Assembly (NCBI GenBank): GCA_020725665.1
Contig: DYEO01000002.1
Span: 6,451 to 70,450 of the forward strand
Direction of reading: 5' to 3'
Length of the DNA stretch: 64,000 nt
DNA from: Dethiobacter sp.
GTDB lineage: Bacteria; Bacillota; Dethiobacteria; DTU022; UBA8154
In this document: positions 27,515-37,643 of the stretch, in pieces
Layout: every line of letters begins with the position of its first letter
How positions within the stretch are numbered: the first letter of the stretch is position 1
The notes under the pieces: model-generated
Databases searched by the model: none
The model's input: only the letters and a program-made list of their open reading frames with translations
Told to the model about the DNA's origin: nothing
Position numbers and translations under genes: made by a program

Positions 27515-28240
27515 TCATTTGCCAAAGCCAACATAGGGCGGGGCATGTACGGCGTGTTCCAGCATCAGGGCGGCACCCGTAATGTCAAAAACAGGGAGTT
27601 GGTACTTTTCCTGTAGAGCATGGCTGTAGGTTGCCAGGTTGCTGCACTCCAGGAGGAGGGCCTGCACCCCCTTGTTTTTCTGCAACAGCTTCCCGGCAGC
27701 GGCCAGTACATCCCGGCACATCAGGTCCACATCGAGAGCCGTACCGCCCTCGATAACGATCTCCCGGAAATGGGGTTCCAGCTCCATGCCCTGGATTTCC
27801 AGGTGGGTTTCCGAGCCGATCCCCGCAGCGCGCAGGTGCTGCTCCTGCAGGAGACCGGCATGCCCGGTAATGATGCCGATGGCTCCTTTTCGTCCCACAA
27901 GGTTCCAGAGCAGGGGCACGAGCACCAGGGCTGAGGTGAGTATGGGCAGGGATCCGCCCGATGCCAGTTCCTGCTGGTAAAGAGCCATGAGACCGCAGTC
28001 GCCGATAACCGCCCATATACCTTTTGCCTTCAGCTTCTTTACCGCGCCCAGCAGTTCATTTTTTATCCCTTCCGACCCTTCGATCAGGTCAGAAAATGAC
28101 CCTTCCACCACTTCGTAGCAAACAGGGAAGGGAAACGTCTTGGCGTGACCCGGATCCCCGGGGACGCGAGGCGACTTACCTTGAAAAACCAGGACGCCCA
28201 CACGCTGGCCGTAAAATGGAAAACCCTTTGCAACTTTCAT
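27515..28240 (-). CDS. Asp/Glu/hydantoin-racemase superfamily protein
   Basis: About 240 aa; Cys-containing half-site motifs (VIGDCGL, LLECSNL) typical of the PF01177 family. Confidence 0.55.
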   Translation of the reverse strand: MKVAKGFPFYGQRVGVLVFQGKSPRVPGDPGHAKTFPFPVCYEVVEGSFSDLIEGSEGIKNELLGAVKKLKAKGIWAVIGDCGLMALYQQELASGGSLPILTSALVLVPLLWNLVGRKGAIGIITGHAGLLQEQHLRAAGIGSETHLEIQGMELEPHFREIVIEGGTALDVDLMCRDVLAAAGKLLQKNKGVQALLLECSNLATYSHALQEKYQLPVFDITGAALMLEHAVHAPPYVGFGK

Positions 28241-28329
28241 CGGGCTGTATCCTTTCCACTTAATTTCCTGTAACTACCCAGATTAAAGATGATCTGTCAC
28301 ACCGCGAAGCAGGGGGTCAAACGGTTCCA

Positions 28330-29544
28330 TCATCTTCCCCTGAGCAATAATAATTTATTTTTATTTAAAAGATCAGCGGTGATCTCCAGTAGCCTGTCAA
28401 TGTCCTCCCTGCTGTTGTAGCAGTGGGGCGAAACCCTGATACCGCCCACACCGGAAGTATAGCGCAGGGAAACAAAGACTCCTTCCTGCGTCAGGCGGGC
28501 ATTTAATTTTCTCTCCTCTTCCAGGCCTCCCGGCAGGGTAAAAGAAGTAATCCCTGAACGATGCCGGGGCTCCCGGGGGCTGACTAGCCTGATTCCCAGT
28601 TCCTCCAGGCCGGTAGCCAGCACATCGCCCAGTTCCCTAACCTTCTTTTCCACGGCTTTTATGCCCGTTTCTTCCAGTTTTTTCAGGCTGTGACAGAGGG
28701 TCAGGGCGCCAAGGTAATTTCCCGTCCCCCCCGTTTCAAACTTCCGGGCCGTCTCTGCCAGCTCCAGTCGGTCAAAGGGCGTGCGCAGGGGTGATTCCAG
28801 ATATTCTCCCCATCCTCCCTCCGGCTCAAGGGCGTTGAAATAGCTGTAGAAATCCGGCTTTAGGAGGGGCAGAAGATTTCTGTTAACATAAAGAAAGCCC
28901 ATGCCAAAGGGATTGCGCAGCCACTTGTGCCCCCCGGCACAGTAAACGTCCACCTCCGTTTCCCCCAAATCCACAGCCAGGGCGCCCGCTTCCTGGATTC
29001 CATCCACAATCAACAGGCAACCGTGCTCCCGGGCCAGCCGGCTGAATTCCTGCAGCTCCACCCGGAAGCCGTTTATCTCCTGCACGGCGCTGATTACGAT
29101 CGCTTTGGTGTTTTCGTCGATGCGGGCGGCAAAATCGGAAACATCCACCCTGCCGTCCTTTGTGGCCACGGCGCGAATCTCGAAGGGAATTTTCTCACGC
29201 CTCGCCTGCCAGCAGAGCGTTGTGGCAAAAAACTCCAGGTCGCAGATGAGGATATTGTCTTCCTTTTCCAGGGGCAGGCTGCCGGCAATGAGGCCGAGTC
29301 CGTGGCTGGTGCTTTCCACCAGGGCAATCTCCTCCGGCGTCACGTTCAACAGACGGGCCGCCTCTGCCCTGGCCCGGGCAAAATAGCTGTAAAGATGTAC
29401 GGTAAAATCCGTGGGAGGGATATGAATATTTTGCAGGGAAGCGATCACTTGTTTCGCTTCTTCCGCAACTTCGGGATCGATTAAACCCATGCAGGCCGTG
29501 TCGAGATAGGTTATTTTGTTGGAGGAAAGATCTATGTTTTTCAC
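28330..29544 (-). CDS. Class-V aminotransferase / cysteine-desulfurase-like PLP enzyme (no targeting module)
   Basis: PLP-lysine motif YCAGGHKWLRNPFGMGFLYV; fold-type I class V. Confidence 0.7.
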   Translation of the reverse strand: MKNIDLSSNKITYLDTACMGLIDPEVAEEAKQVIASLQNIHIPPTDFTVHLYSYFARARAEAARLLNVTPEEIALVESTSHGLGLIAGSLPLEKEDNILICDLEFFATTLCWQARREKIPFEIRAVATKDGRVDVSDFAARIDENTKAIVISAVQEINGFRVELQEFSRLAREHGCLLIVDGIQEAGALAVDLGETEVDVYCAGGHKWLRNPFGMGFLYVNRNLLPLLKPDFYSYFNALEPEGGWGEYLESPLRTPFDRLELAETARKFETGGTGNYLGALTLCHSLKKLEETGIKAVEKKVRELGDVLATGLEELGIRLVSPREPRHRSGITSFTLPGGLEEERKLNARLTQEGVFVSLRYTSGVGGIRVSPHCYNSREDIDRLLEITADLLNKNKLLLLRGR

Positions 29545-29658
29545 TTGACGCCTCCAAAATTGTTGTAACGCTGTTGCCCCCCCGGGTTGCTGAGAGCAAA
29601 CAGCGCTACAACAATCTTAATAACTATTGCCGGTACAGAAGCTACAACAAAAGTTGCG

Positions 29659-30042
29659 CTATAAACTTAACGGCTTTTGCGGCTGCGCGATGGCTTTTTC
29701 TTCAACCTCATAAGCCTGATCATCCATATATTCCCGGCCCCAGCCCGTATAATTATGGCATAAAACATAACCAAGAGCAGCGCCCAGGAACCAGGCCATG
29801 AGCATAATGGCCACCATTTCGGAAGCCATACCCTTAATCATGGCATCGGCGCACTGCCTTACATTCTTAGCCAGGATCAAAGCCACCACTATGCCGGCAA
29901 GCGTCGGCACCCAGAAAGCCATGGGTAACGGCGCCCCGGCAAAGGCCAACCACACAATACCGATAAACAACACTAAAAAGGGCAAAATCAGGCCAAACAT
30001 ACCAACATGAAACTCAAGCCTTTCTTTCGACATTTCACCCAC
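29659..30042 (-). pseudogene. Probable N-terminal fragment of an NhaC-family Na+/H+ antiporter
   Basis: First about 90 aa resemble the NhaC N-terminus (GAPLPMAF...AMIKGMAS...MVAIMLMAWFLG); the ORF is only 127 aa where about 470 is expected. Confidence 0.35.
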
Positions 30043-30127
30043 TCTTCAAAGTGTTGTAAAGGGGAAAGCACAGGAGCACCGTTTCCAATGAGTCATACTG
30101 GTAATCTCAACCGGATTCCGGAAATTC

Positions 30128-31642
30128 TTAATTGTTCAGGCTCTCTTTTATCATTTGCCGTGCTTCGTCAGAGTCCATAAAGCCGTGGAACTTGGCGATA
30201 ACCTCCGGCGGTTGCGGCGGGGTCAGATAGGAGACCACCGTGAAGACAATGATGTTAAAGATTAGCCCTACAAATCCCGGGTGCATGCCCCAGGGGTTCA
30301 TCTTGTTGATAAACAGGAAATAAATGGCGATCAACGTGCCCACTATTAAACCGGATATGGCCCCAGCCTTTGTGGCACGCGGCCAGAAGAGGCAGCCCAC
30401 AATGGAGGGGAAAAACTGGCTCAACCCCGCCGTCGATACGGCAACGAGCATGGAGAGGAGCTGGGGCGGCTCCAGAACCGCCCAGGCGGAAAAAATAAAG
30501 ATGCAGATAACCGCAGCCCGGCTAATGCCCAGTACCGTTCTGTCTTTGGCCTTTTTATTTATTGTTTTTTCATATACGTCCCGGCCTATCAGTTGTGCTG
30601 TGGTTAAAAGCTGGCTGTCGGCAGTAGAAAGGGTAGCGCATAAGCCCCCCGCGGCAATGAGGGCCGCCAGCCAGACAGGCAGATATTCAAACGTAAAACG
30701 GGGCAGGATCTGGTCGGCGAATTCAATACCTGGCATGGCTGCCCGTGCACCCATGCCCAACCAGATATAAGACACGTAAATCCACACCAGGTAGAGGGGC
30801 GCCAGAATGGCCACCCACTTGAGCACGCGCAGGGAACCGGCGGCAAACATGCGGATGATCATGTGTGGTGCCGTAATGGACAAGCCGATGGTAATAATCA
30901 CAACCCAGGAAAAAGCCATGGGTAGCTTGAAATAACCGGGAGCTCCCGGCAGGACAAGCTGTCCCGGCGTTTCCCGGTAAATCATCTGCCAGATCTCTCC
31001 CGGGCTGCCCCAAAGGGCCGTGGAAATAAGCGCCCCGCCGACGACGATGGCCAAAAACATGAAGATCCCCATGAAGATATCCGTCCATACTACTGAGCGT
31101 ATGCCGCCGAAAAAGACGTAGATAACCACAAATACGCCCAACCCTATGGCACCCCAGGCATAGGAGATGGCACCAAACGTGGCAAATTCGGCGATCCAGC
31201 CGGCACCGGCCAACTGCATCTGTATATAGGGAATAATGAAGAGTGCGCCTAGAATGCCGATGAGAGCCCTCAGGAAATCGCTCTGGTAAAAATCACCAAG
31301 CATGTCGCCGGGCGTTACATAATCATACTTTTTACCCAGCAGCCAGATGCGGTAACCGAAGATAAAGAGGCAAAGCCCACCGATAATCTGGGTAAAAGGA
31401 CCGAGAGCCCAGTAGGCCATCCCGTGTTTATAAAAGAAACCACCTGTTCCCAGAAAAGCGGAGGCACTGTGATAGGTAGCCGTATAGGTGAAAAAGAGGG
31501 CTACAAATCCAAGCGTTCTTGAAGCGACAAAGAAGTCTACTGTAGAATCGGAAATACGGCGAAAATAGGCAATCATACCGATGCCGAAAGCCAATACCAT
31601 GACCAAAAGGACGATAAATACGGATAAGGAAACATCCGACAT
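30128..31642 (-). CDS. Sodium:solute symporter (SSS family, PutP/PanF-like)
   Basis: 13 predicted TM helices; SSS signature regions. Confidence 0.8.
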   Translation of the reverse strand: MSDVSLSVFIVLLVMVLAFGIGMIAYFRRISDSTVDFFVASRTLGFVALFFTYTATYHSASAFLGTGGFFYKHGMAYWALGPFTQIIGGLCLFIFGYRIWLLGKKYDYVTPGDMLGDFYQSDFLRALIGILGALFIIPYIQMQLAGAGWIAEFATFGAISYAWGAIGLGVFVVIYVFFGGIRSVVWTDIFMGIFMFLAIVVGGALISTALWGSPGEIWQMIYRETPGQLVLPGAPGYFKLPMAFSWVVIITIGLSITAPHMIIRMFAAGSLRVLKWVAILAPLYLVWIYVSYIWLGMGARAAMPGIEFADQILPRFTFEYLPVWLAALIAAGGLCATLSTADSQLLTTAQLIGRDVYEKTINKKAKDRTVLGISRAAVICIFIFSAWAVLEPPQLLSMLVAVSTAGLSQFFPSIVGCLFWPRATKAGAISGLIVGTLIAIYFLFINKMNPWGMHPGFVGLIFNIIVFTVVSYLTPPQPPEVIAKFHGFMDSDEARQMIKESLNN

Positions 31643-31663
31643 ACCTTTTCACCACCTTTATTA

Positions 31664-31945
31664 TTATTTCCAGAGATATTTGGCCGCGACCATGCCGCAG
31701 GCGAGAATTACATGGGACCACAGCGTCAGCCAGAAATAGATGAAAGGAACGCCAAAAACAAACGGCTCAGCCCTGTTTGCCCAGATCAGCCCCGGGTAAA
31801 CCATGAGAAAAGCCACAATACCAACTATGGTCAGCACCCAACCTAACTGTGTGCGGGGCCACAAATAGGTATGGGCTTTAATCAGGCGGTACGATTCCTC
31901 GTAAGATGCGGCCGTTGCTTTGCTTACTTCAACTTCTGGTTTCAT
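31664..31945 (-). CDS. Small membrane subunit associated with SSS transporters (DUF4212-like)
   Basis: 93 aa, 2 TM helices, placed immediately upstream of the SSS gene. Confidence 0.45.
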   Translation of the reverse strand: MKPEVEVSKATAASYEESYRLIKAHTYLWPRTQLGWVLTIVGIVAFLMVYPGLIWANRAEPFVFGVPFIYFWLTLWSHVILACGMVAAKYLWK

Positions 31946-32246
31946 GCTTATTCACCTCCAACTTATTATGAGTAGTTTAAGAAAGTCATAATCCCTCTAT
32001 CCACGGTGCTTTAAGCGCAGTGGATAGATATTTTTCACCCCCAAACGGGGTGTTTTTGTATTAGGCATTAATTTGCTGATATCCAGTGATATAGCGAGAT
32101 TATCAGCGATATATGGCATTTTTCTCTGCTCAAGGCAGTATATCAAACTTGACATTTACGGATCGCCACCAAAATTGAAATATAGGTATTAATTAACATT
32201 ATTTCCAGGAGGTGTCGGTTATGTTGGACCATGTACGCGGTCATCC

Positions 32247-33524
32247 ATGATGAGTACTTGTGTTTCATGTTGCCCCGGATTAGAAAATTATTTCTGGAAA
32301 AACCCGGGACAGGTCCTGTTTTATCTCGATGCGCCGCTCAAGGCTTATCTGCTGAACCTGGATAGAGGCATCGAGATTTTACAGGGGTGTTACTCTAAAG
32401 ATTTCGGCAGGCCGGCTGTTTTTGACCCGGTGGATATGCTCCGATCTTTAATTCTTATGGTGTCACTTAAAATTACCTGTGTTACCAAATGGGCTGATGA
32501 TCTCACCAAAAGTGATGTGCTGGCTATTTTATGTGGTTTCGAGCCGGGCAAGACTCCTTCCGCCTCCGCTTTTTACGATTTCTGGAACAGGTTGTGGCTG
32601 GAAGACAAAAGGCTGAGAAAAAAACGTAAACTAAGGATTAGGATAAAGAGTAAGCAACCGAAAAATGTGCAGAAAGGGCAGAAATTGCCCAACAGGCGCC
32701 CGGGGGGGATAGACTCGTCAGGTCTTTCCGTAAGGGAAGATTTTTCTCCACCAAACGTCCCGAGCGGCTGCTGCAGGAGCTGTTCACCAGGGTCTTTGTT
32801 CAAGGCTCCAGGGATAGAAATATTATCCCTGTTTCTATGATACTAACCGGTGACGTATTTCTGGGGCAGAAATCTGTATACGTTTTCCTGTGTTAATGGT
32901 GAAGATGAACTGCCGGTATTTCTTCGTTTTGGACAAGGCTCCAGGCATGATAGTGTGGTTTTTGCGTTCAGTGTGGTGGAAGCGTGGTCCCTTTTTTCTA
33001 AGGCCGGGCTTAATGTCAGCGTTTTCATCGGTGATTCGGCGCACGATGCTAACCCCTTATATGCACTGCTGGATGATTACGGCTCCAAGCCGGTTATTGC
33101 GCTGAATAAAAAGCCTTCATCTCTTATCCCTTTAAATGAGCAGGGTATTCCTCTTTGTCCTAAAGGGTTTTTAATGCAGTACTGGGGATTCGGTGAGAAA
33201 AAAAGCCGGTTCAAATGGCGCTGCCCTAAAATCGTCGGTAAAAAAAGGAACAGGAACAAAATTGATTGTACAACGCCCTGCACAAACTCCAGCTACGGCT
33301 TTACTTGTTATACCAACCCGGAGTGGGACCGGCGTATCTTTACGGATATCCCCAGGGGGTCGGCTGTCTGGAAACAGCTATACAGTGCATCTGGATGCCT
33401 GGATTGCACAGGAACTGGAGCTTTCAAAGCTCGACAAAAAGGCACTGCTGCTGCGCGTTCTGTGAGTTGGCACGGCCGCTGCCTGTGCGTAGGCGCAGCG
33501 GCTCTTGATTTTGGACACTTGTAG
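32247..33524 (+). mobile_element. Frameshifted IS5/IS1182-family transposase remnant (DUF772 N-terminal domain plus DDE domain)
   Basis: ORF1 GRPAVFDPVDMLRSLILM matches the DUF772 N-terminus; ORF2 (32850-33524, a different frame) carries the DDE region (GDSAHDANPLYALL...). Confidence 0.6.
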
Positions 33525-33917
33525 TTGCTTTTGATAGTAATGATTGTACCCTGCACGCTTTTTTTGGAAAGGAGGGCTGCTTTAGCCTACCGATTATTGG
33601 TGTTTTCAAAGAGCAAATTGATAACTTATGGCATTAATGGTAATACATGCTAATTCCAACGGCCTCAATCTAATAAACTGCTTAATGACTTTCTGAACAC
33701 ACTCATTATTTGTGGTTTAGAAACACAATAAAACACCCAACTCTACACCTTTACACTGCCCAACTGACTGTCAACTGTAAATCCTTTTTCCCTTTACCTC
33801 ATAAATCACCCCCTTGCCTTAAAAGAATTATGCAAAAAACAAACGCAAGAGAAAATTCATGATATATTATAACCCCATCCATTTAATTTAGTTTACTGAA
33901 TTTTTACTATTAATTCT

Positions 33918-33933
33918 GTAAAAAAGACTACAA
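33918..33933. promoter_or_regulatory. Crp/Fnr-type site TGT-N10-ACA (site B) with a minus-strand -10 (rc TAAACT) 21 nt away; orphaned promoter
   Basis: TTCTGTAAAAAAGACTACAAAA, identical core to site C; coordinates +/-2 nt. Confidence 0.4.
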
Positions 33934-34116
33934 AAATATGGTTTGTCCAGTCCCATTTGTACTAAAATTGCCGTTATTTTTCAGGTGCTCCTCAATATTG
34001 GCTGTGGTAAGCCCTACTACATAGCAAGGAATAAAAAAATCGTTGTAACACTGCTTTGCCAAACAATGCCACAACGATTTAAAAAAAGCAATTTCGACCC
34101 AGTTCAACAATCAAAA

Positions 34117-35556
34117 CTATTTGCTTTGACTACCCGTTAAAGTGCTTGCCGCATCCTTTTCTTTTACTGCTAAACTAATAACAACAAGAAGGATTAAACC
34201 AATAACGGCGCCGGCGGCAGCACCGGCAATACCCCAGGGTTTGTTAAGATCCCAGATTATTGCCGTGATACAGCCAGCGACCGTTCCCGCGATTGCCCCC
34301 TCTTTTTTTGCACCCTTCCAAAACACCCCCGCGTACAAAGGTGCTGCGATAGCCCCTCCAATTACAGCTGCTTGGAATACCCAGAGGTCCAACATCATTT
34401 TTGGTGGCCGTAAAGCGAGCAGCATACCTAATACACCGATAGTTCCAGTTGCGATACGGCTTATTACAAAAAGCTGTTGCTCCGATACGTCCTTTTTAAT
34501 CTTTGCATAGAAATCCTTGCTAAATATTGTACCCGCTGCAATAAGCGCCGAGTCTGCTGTGGATAAAATTGCCGCGCCAACCGCGCTTAACACAAACCCG
34601 CCAAGGACAGGCGGAAGGTAATTGTTCATGAGCAGGGGAAAGGCATGATCAGCAGATTGTAAGTTAGGCTCTAGAACACGGGCAGCCGAGCCGGCCAAAA
34701 CAATAAAAGTGTAAAATACTACCATGAACGCCCCGGACACACCAATCATACCTTTTGCTGTTAAAGTATCTTTACAAATGAAAAGTCTCATCAAATAATA
34801 CGGGAGCGTGGAGGAGGCCACTACGGCAAATATTACCATACTACCAATGGTAAGCCATGTAAGACTACCTCCCTGATTGAAGCTAACCAGGTCACCGGCG
34901 GATACGTTATTAATACCGCCCGTAACCAAAGCCAGCCTGGCATTAAGGTTGGAAACACTGCCAAACTGCGTTACAATAATATAAATCGTGCCAATGCTAA
35001 CTCCTAACCACAAAATGATAAACTGAATGCCATCGGTCCAGACAACTGATGTCATACCACCAAATGTAGTGTATAAAAGTAAAATGGCTCCTATTAATAG
35101 AACAACCGTAGAATATTCCCATCCAACCAGTTGTTGAAGCACCAATCCGATACCGCGCAACTGCAGTATAACAAAAATACAAAGAATCGCCAGGTAAATG
35201 GCCGCGCTCCACATGGATAAAAACGGGCTCTTAAAACGCTGCTCCAGGTATTCGGAAACTGTTACAGGCCCTAATCGCCTTAGCTCACCCGCAATGAAAT
35301 AAAGGACTAACCAGGCAATTGCTATGGGTATTAATAAAAATGCAAAAAACCCATAGCCCCGTAGATAACTGGTCCCCGTAAAACCTACAATAGTAACCGA
35401 GCTGATGTAAGTGGCGCCAAAACTGCCAGCCGCCAGCCATACACCTAATTTCCGTCCGGCAAGATAATAATCTTCAAGATCTTTAGTTTTAACATACCCA
35501 TAAAACCCCACAGCAAGAACAATAAGCAACATAATTCCAAAAATTAAAATTTGCAA
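34117..35556 (-). CDS. Sodium:solute symporter (SSS family)
   Basis: 13 TM helices; TTG start with a GGAGGGAAG RBS. Confidence 0.8.
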   Translation of the reverse strand: MQILIFGIMLLIVLAVGFYGYVKTKDLEDYYLAGRKLGVWLAAGSFGATYISSVTIVGFTGTSYLRGYGFFAFLLIPIAIAWLVLYFIAGELRRLGPVTVSEYLEQRFKSPFLSMWSAAIYLAILCIFVILQLRGIGLVLQQLVGWEYSTVVLLIGAILLLYTTFGGMTSVVWTDGIQFIILWLGVSIGTIYIIVTQFGSVSNLNARLALVTGGINNVSAGDLVSFNQGGSLTWLTIGSMVIFAVVASSTLPYYLMRLFICKDTLTAKGMIGVSGAFMVVFYTFIVLAGSAARVLEPNLQSADHAFPLLMNNYLPPVLGGFVLSAVGAAILSTADSALIAAGTIFSKDFYAKIKKDVSEQQLFVISRIATGTIGVLGMLLALRPPKMMLDLWVFQAAVIGGAIAAPLYAGVFWKGAKKEGAIAGTVAGCITAIIWDLNKPWGIAGAAAGAVIGLILLVVISLAVKEKDAASTLTGSQSK

Positions 35557-35592
35557 TTTTTCTTCCCTCCGGAATTTAATTAAGTTTAATTT

Positions 35593-35700
35593 TTATTGTT
35601 TCCTAAGACCATCAATATAAAAACCAAGCATGCAAATACTTATTCCGTAAAAAACGATAATACCAAACCATGTACCCCAGGGCAAATTAGCCGGTCCCAT
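35593..35700 (-). CDS. Unannotated 35-aa single-TM protein (MGPANLPWGTWFGIIVFYGISICMLGFYIDGLRKQ) upstream of the SSS gene
   Basis: ATG preceded by AAAGGAGGTG at ideal spacing; not in the ORF track because it is shorter than 60 aa. Confidence 0.4.
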   Translation of the reverse strand: MGPANLPWGTWFGIIVFYGISICMLGFYIDGLRKQ

Positions 35701-35737
35701 AATTTTCACCTCCTTTCGCGAACTTTTGCCGATTGGA

Positions 35738-36493
35738 TCATGCATCAACATTTGTATCCAGTGCAAAAAGTTTACCAGGCCCTTTTGCTTTTTTTACTCC
35801 TGACAATTTTAACATATGCCAAAGAAGACACTGATTACTGGATATTACCGGTTTATTTAAATCAGTTTCAATTAAATTAATTGCCTTCATGGCAGGGAAC
35901 CCGGTACAACTGAGAAATATTGCCTGGCTATCCCGGCAATCAGCCCTTAATGCCAGTTCATAAATATCTTTTTCATTTACATAGGCTATTTCTTCGCCTC
36001 CTTTTAAACCCAACCATGCGTCACCACTTACCGTATAGCCTTCCTTTATAAAATAATTGACTCCTTTTTTATGGATAATTTCTTCATAAGGGCTGCAGAA
36101 CGAAATATTTATAACGCCAAGCACTTTCAATGCGTTTAAAACAGCCGTGGTGGCAGTTGTCACTGGAACTCCATTTAGTTTTGCGCTTATCTCGTTGCAC
36201 AAAACCTTATCATAGTTTTCTTTATAAAAACTTCCGGAAGTGCATCCATAACCTATTACAGAAACTTTGGATAATATCAGTTTTTCTGCCTCAATAATTA
36301 CCTGTTCGGACATTTCCTCTAACAGTTCCAGAGACAAAACATCCCCGGGAGTTCTGGCTCGGGAAAAATGAACTGACACTCCGTCAGGCAAATAATTAAT
36401 GAGATCGCACTCAATAATCGGATTTGGTGACGGTACTATTACACCTAACCTTGCTCGCCAACCAGGACCAACCAAGTTTTCAGGCACGCTCAA
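35738..36493 (-). CDS. Asp/Glu/hydantoin-racemase superfamily protein (maleate-isomerase / arylmalonate-decarboxylase-like)
   Basis: Two Cys-containing half-site motifs (GYGCTSGSF, FLSCTGFP) at the spacing typical of the family. Confidence 0.55.
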   Translation of the reverse strand: MSVPENLVGPGWRARLGVIVPSPNPIIECDLINYLPDGVSVHFSRARTPGDVLSLELLEEMSEQVIIEAEKLILSKVSVIGYGCTSGSFYKENYDKVLCNEISAKLNGVPVTTATTAVLNALKVLGVINISFCSPYEEIIHKKGVNYFIKEGYTVSGDAWLGLKGGEEIAYVNEKDIYELALRADCRDSQAIFLSCTGFPAMKAINLIETDLNKPVISSNQCLLWHMLKLSGVKKAKGPGKLFALDTNVDA

Positions 36494-36648
36494 TTCTCTC
36501 CTTCTCTATATACTTAGCTGTTTTCCACCAATTCTTATTTCCTTATTGCAGAAGACTAACATAATACATTTGTTCCATCTGTTGTTCAGGCTACATTTAT
36601 GAGAATAATAAATATATTATTAATAAACCCTCGTCCTTGCAAGAGATA

Positions 36649-37197
36649 TTAATTACCAGCAAAAGCAGAACCATCCGCACCGGTCAACTGCAGCGACTCC
36701 CGCAGTTGCTCCGGCGTAACCTTGGGAAAATGTACGGCCAGGTACCAGGGAAAGGTCTGGTGCAGCCAGAGTTGGTAACGGTTGGTGAGGGTAAACATGG
36801 CGTCCAGGAGACTACAATATTCTTCCCTGGCTTTCACCTCATCCAGAGAGGCAACGAACTTATTCAGCAACTCCCCGTAGCGTTTCAGGCCGAAATAGCC
36901 GATCACACCACGGCCCACGCCGGTCATCTGACGGGTCATCATTTTAAGCATCTCGAGCGTAAACTCCTGCCGTACGGCGAACACACGCAGATCTGCCAGG
37001 GAATGCACTCCCAGGTTGCGTACTTCGCTGCCTAACATCACCCAGACCGTAAAATACTGGTTATCCACCCCCGCCCCAGTATCCAGTAGACCAAGGCGAA
37101 ATCGCTGCAAATCAGGAGGTTCAGTAAGCCAGATCGCCTCCAACTCTGCGTTGATCTCCTGCAAGAGTGAAAGGACCATGGGATTCAGATCAGCCAT
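36649..37197 (-). CDS. Hypothetical protein, translationally coupled to the upstream ORF (ATGA overlap)
   Basis: 182-aa ORF in an operon; no recognisable motif. Confidence 0.45.
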   Translation of the reverse strand: MADLNPMVLSLLQEINAELEAIWLTEPPDLQRFRLGLLDTGAGVDNQYFTVWVMLGSEVRNLGVHSLADLRVFAVRQEFTLEMLKMMTRQMTGVGRGVIGYFGLKRYGELLNKFVASLDEVKAREEYCSLLDAMFTLTNRYQLWLHQTFPWYLAVHFPKVTPEQLRESLQLTGADGSAFAGN

Positions 37198-37643
37198 CAG
37201 CTCTCCCCCCTTTGCACATGCACGCGCAGAAACCTGCCCGGCTCGAAAAGGAGGTTGTGCCAGACTTTTTCCCCGATACGCAGGAGGGTATCCACGTCTT
37301 CCGCAACCACCTGGGCCAGGGGCAAGGCCGGGACCGGCTCGGTAGGTTGTTCATAATTAATCGCCAGGTATTGAAAAACATGTTCCAGGTTGATACGGCC
37401 GATGGGCTGTTTATCCATAGGTTCCCAGTAGAATTTGGCCTCTGCCGCCTGGGGCAGGAGCAGACGTACGGGAAAATACATCTGACGCCCGGCTACCACG
37501 GCATGGCTTTGGATGCTGGACATGGGCAGGCTTTTTAAAAACACTTCTTTTAGTTCAGCCCACTGCTCTTCCAGCAGGTAAGCCTGTAATGACATCTGCA
37601 ATTCCGGCCAGTGCAGGTGAATCTTATTTTTCTTCATTTTCAC
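37197..37643 (-). CDS. Hypothetical protein
   Basis: 148-aa ORF; 20-nt overlap with the upstream gene; no recognisable motif. Confidence 0.45.
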   Translation of the reverse strand: MKMKKNKIHLHWPELQMSLQAYLLEEQWAELKEVFLKSLPMSSIQSHAVVAGRQMYFPVRLLLPQAAEAKFYWEPMDKQPIGRINLEHVFQYLAINYEQPTEPVPALPLAQVVAEDVDTLLRIGEKVWHNLLFEPGRFLRVHVQRGES

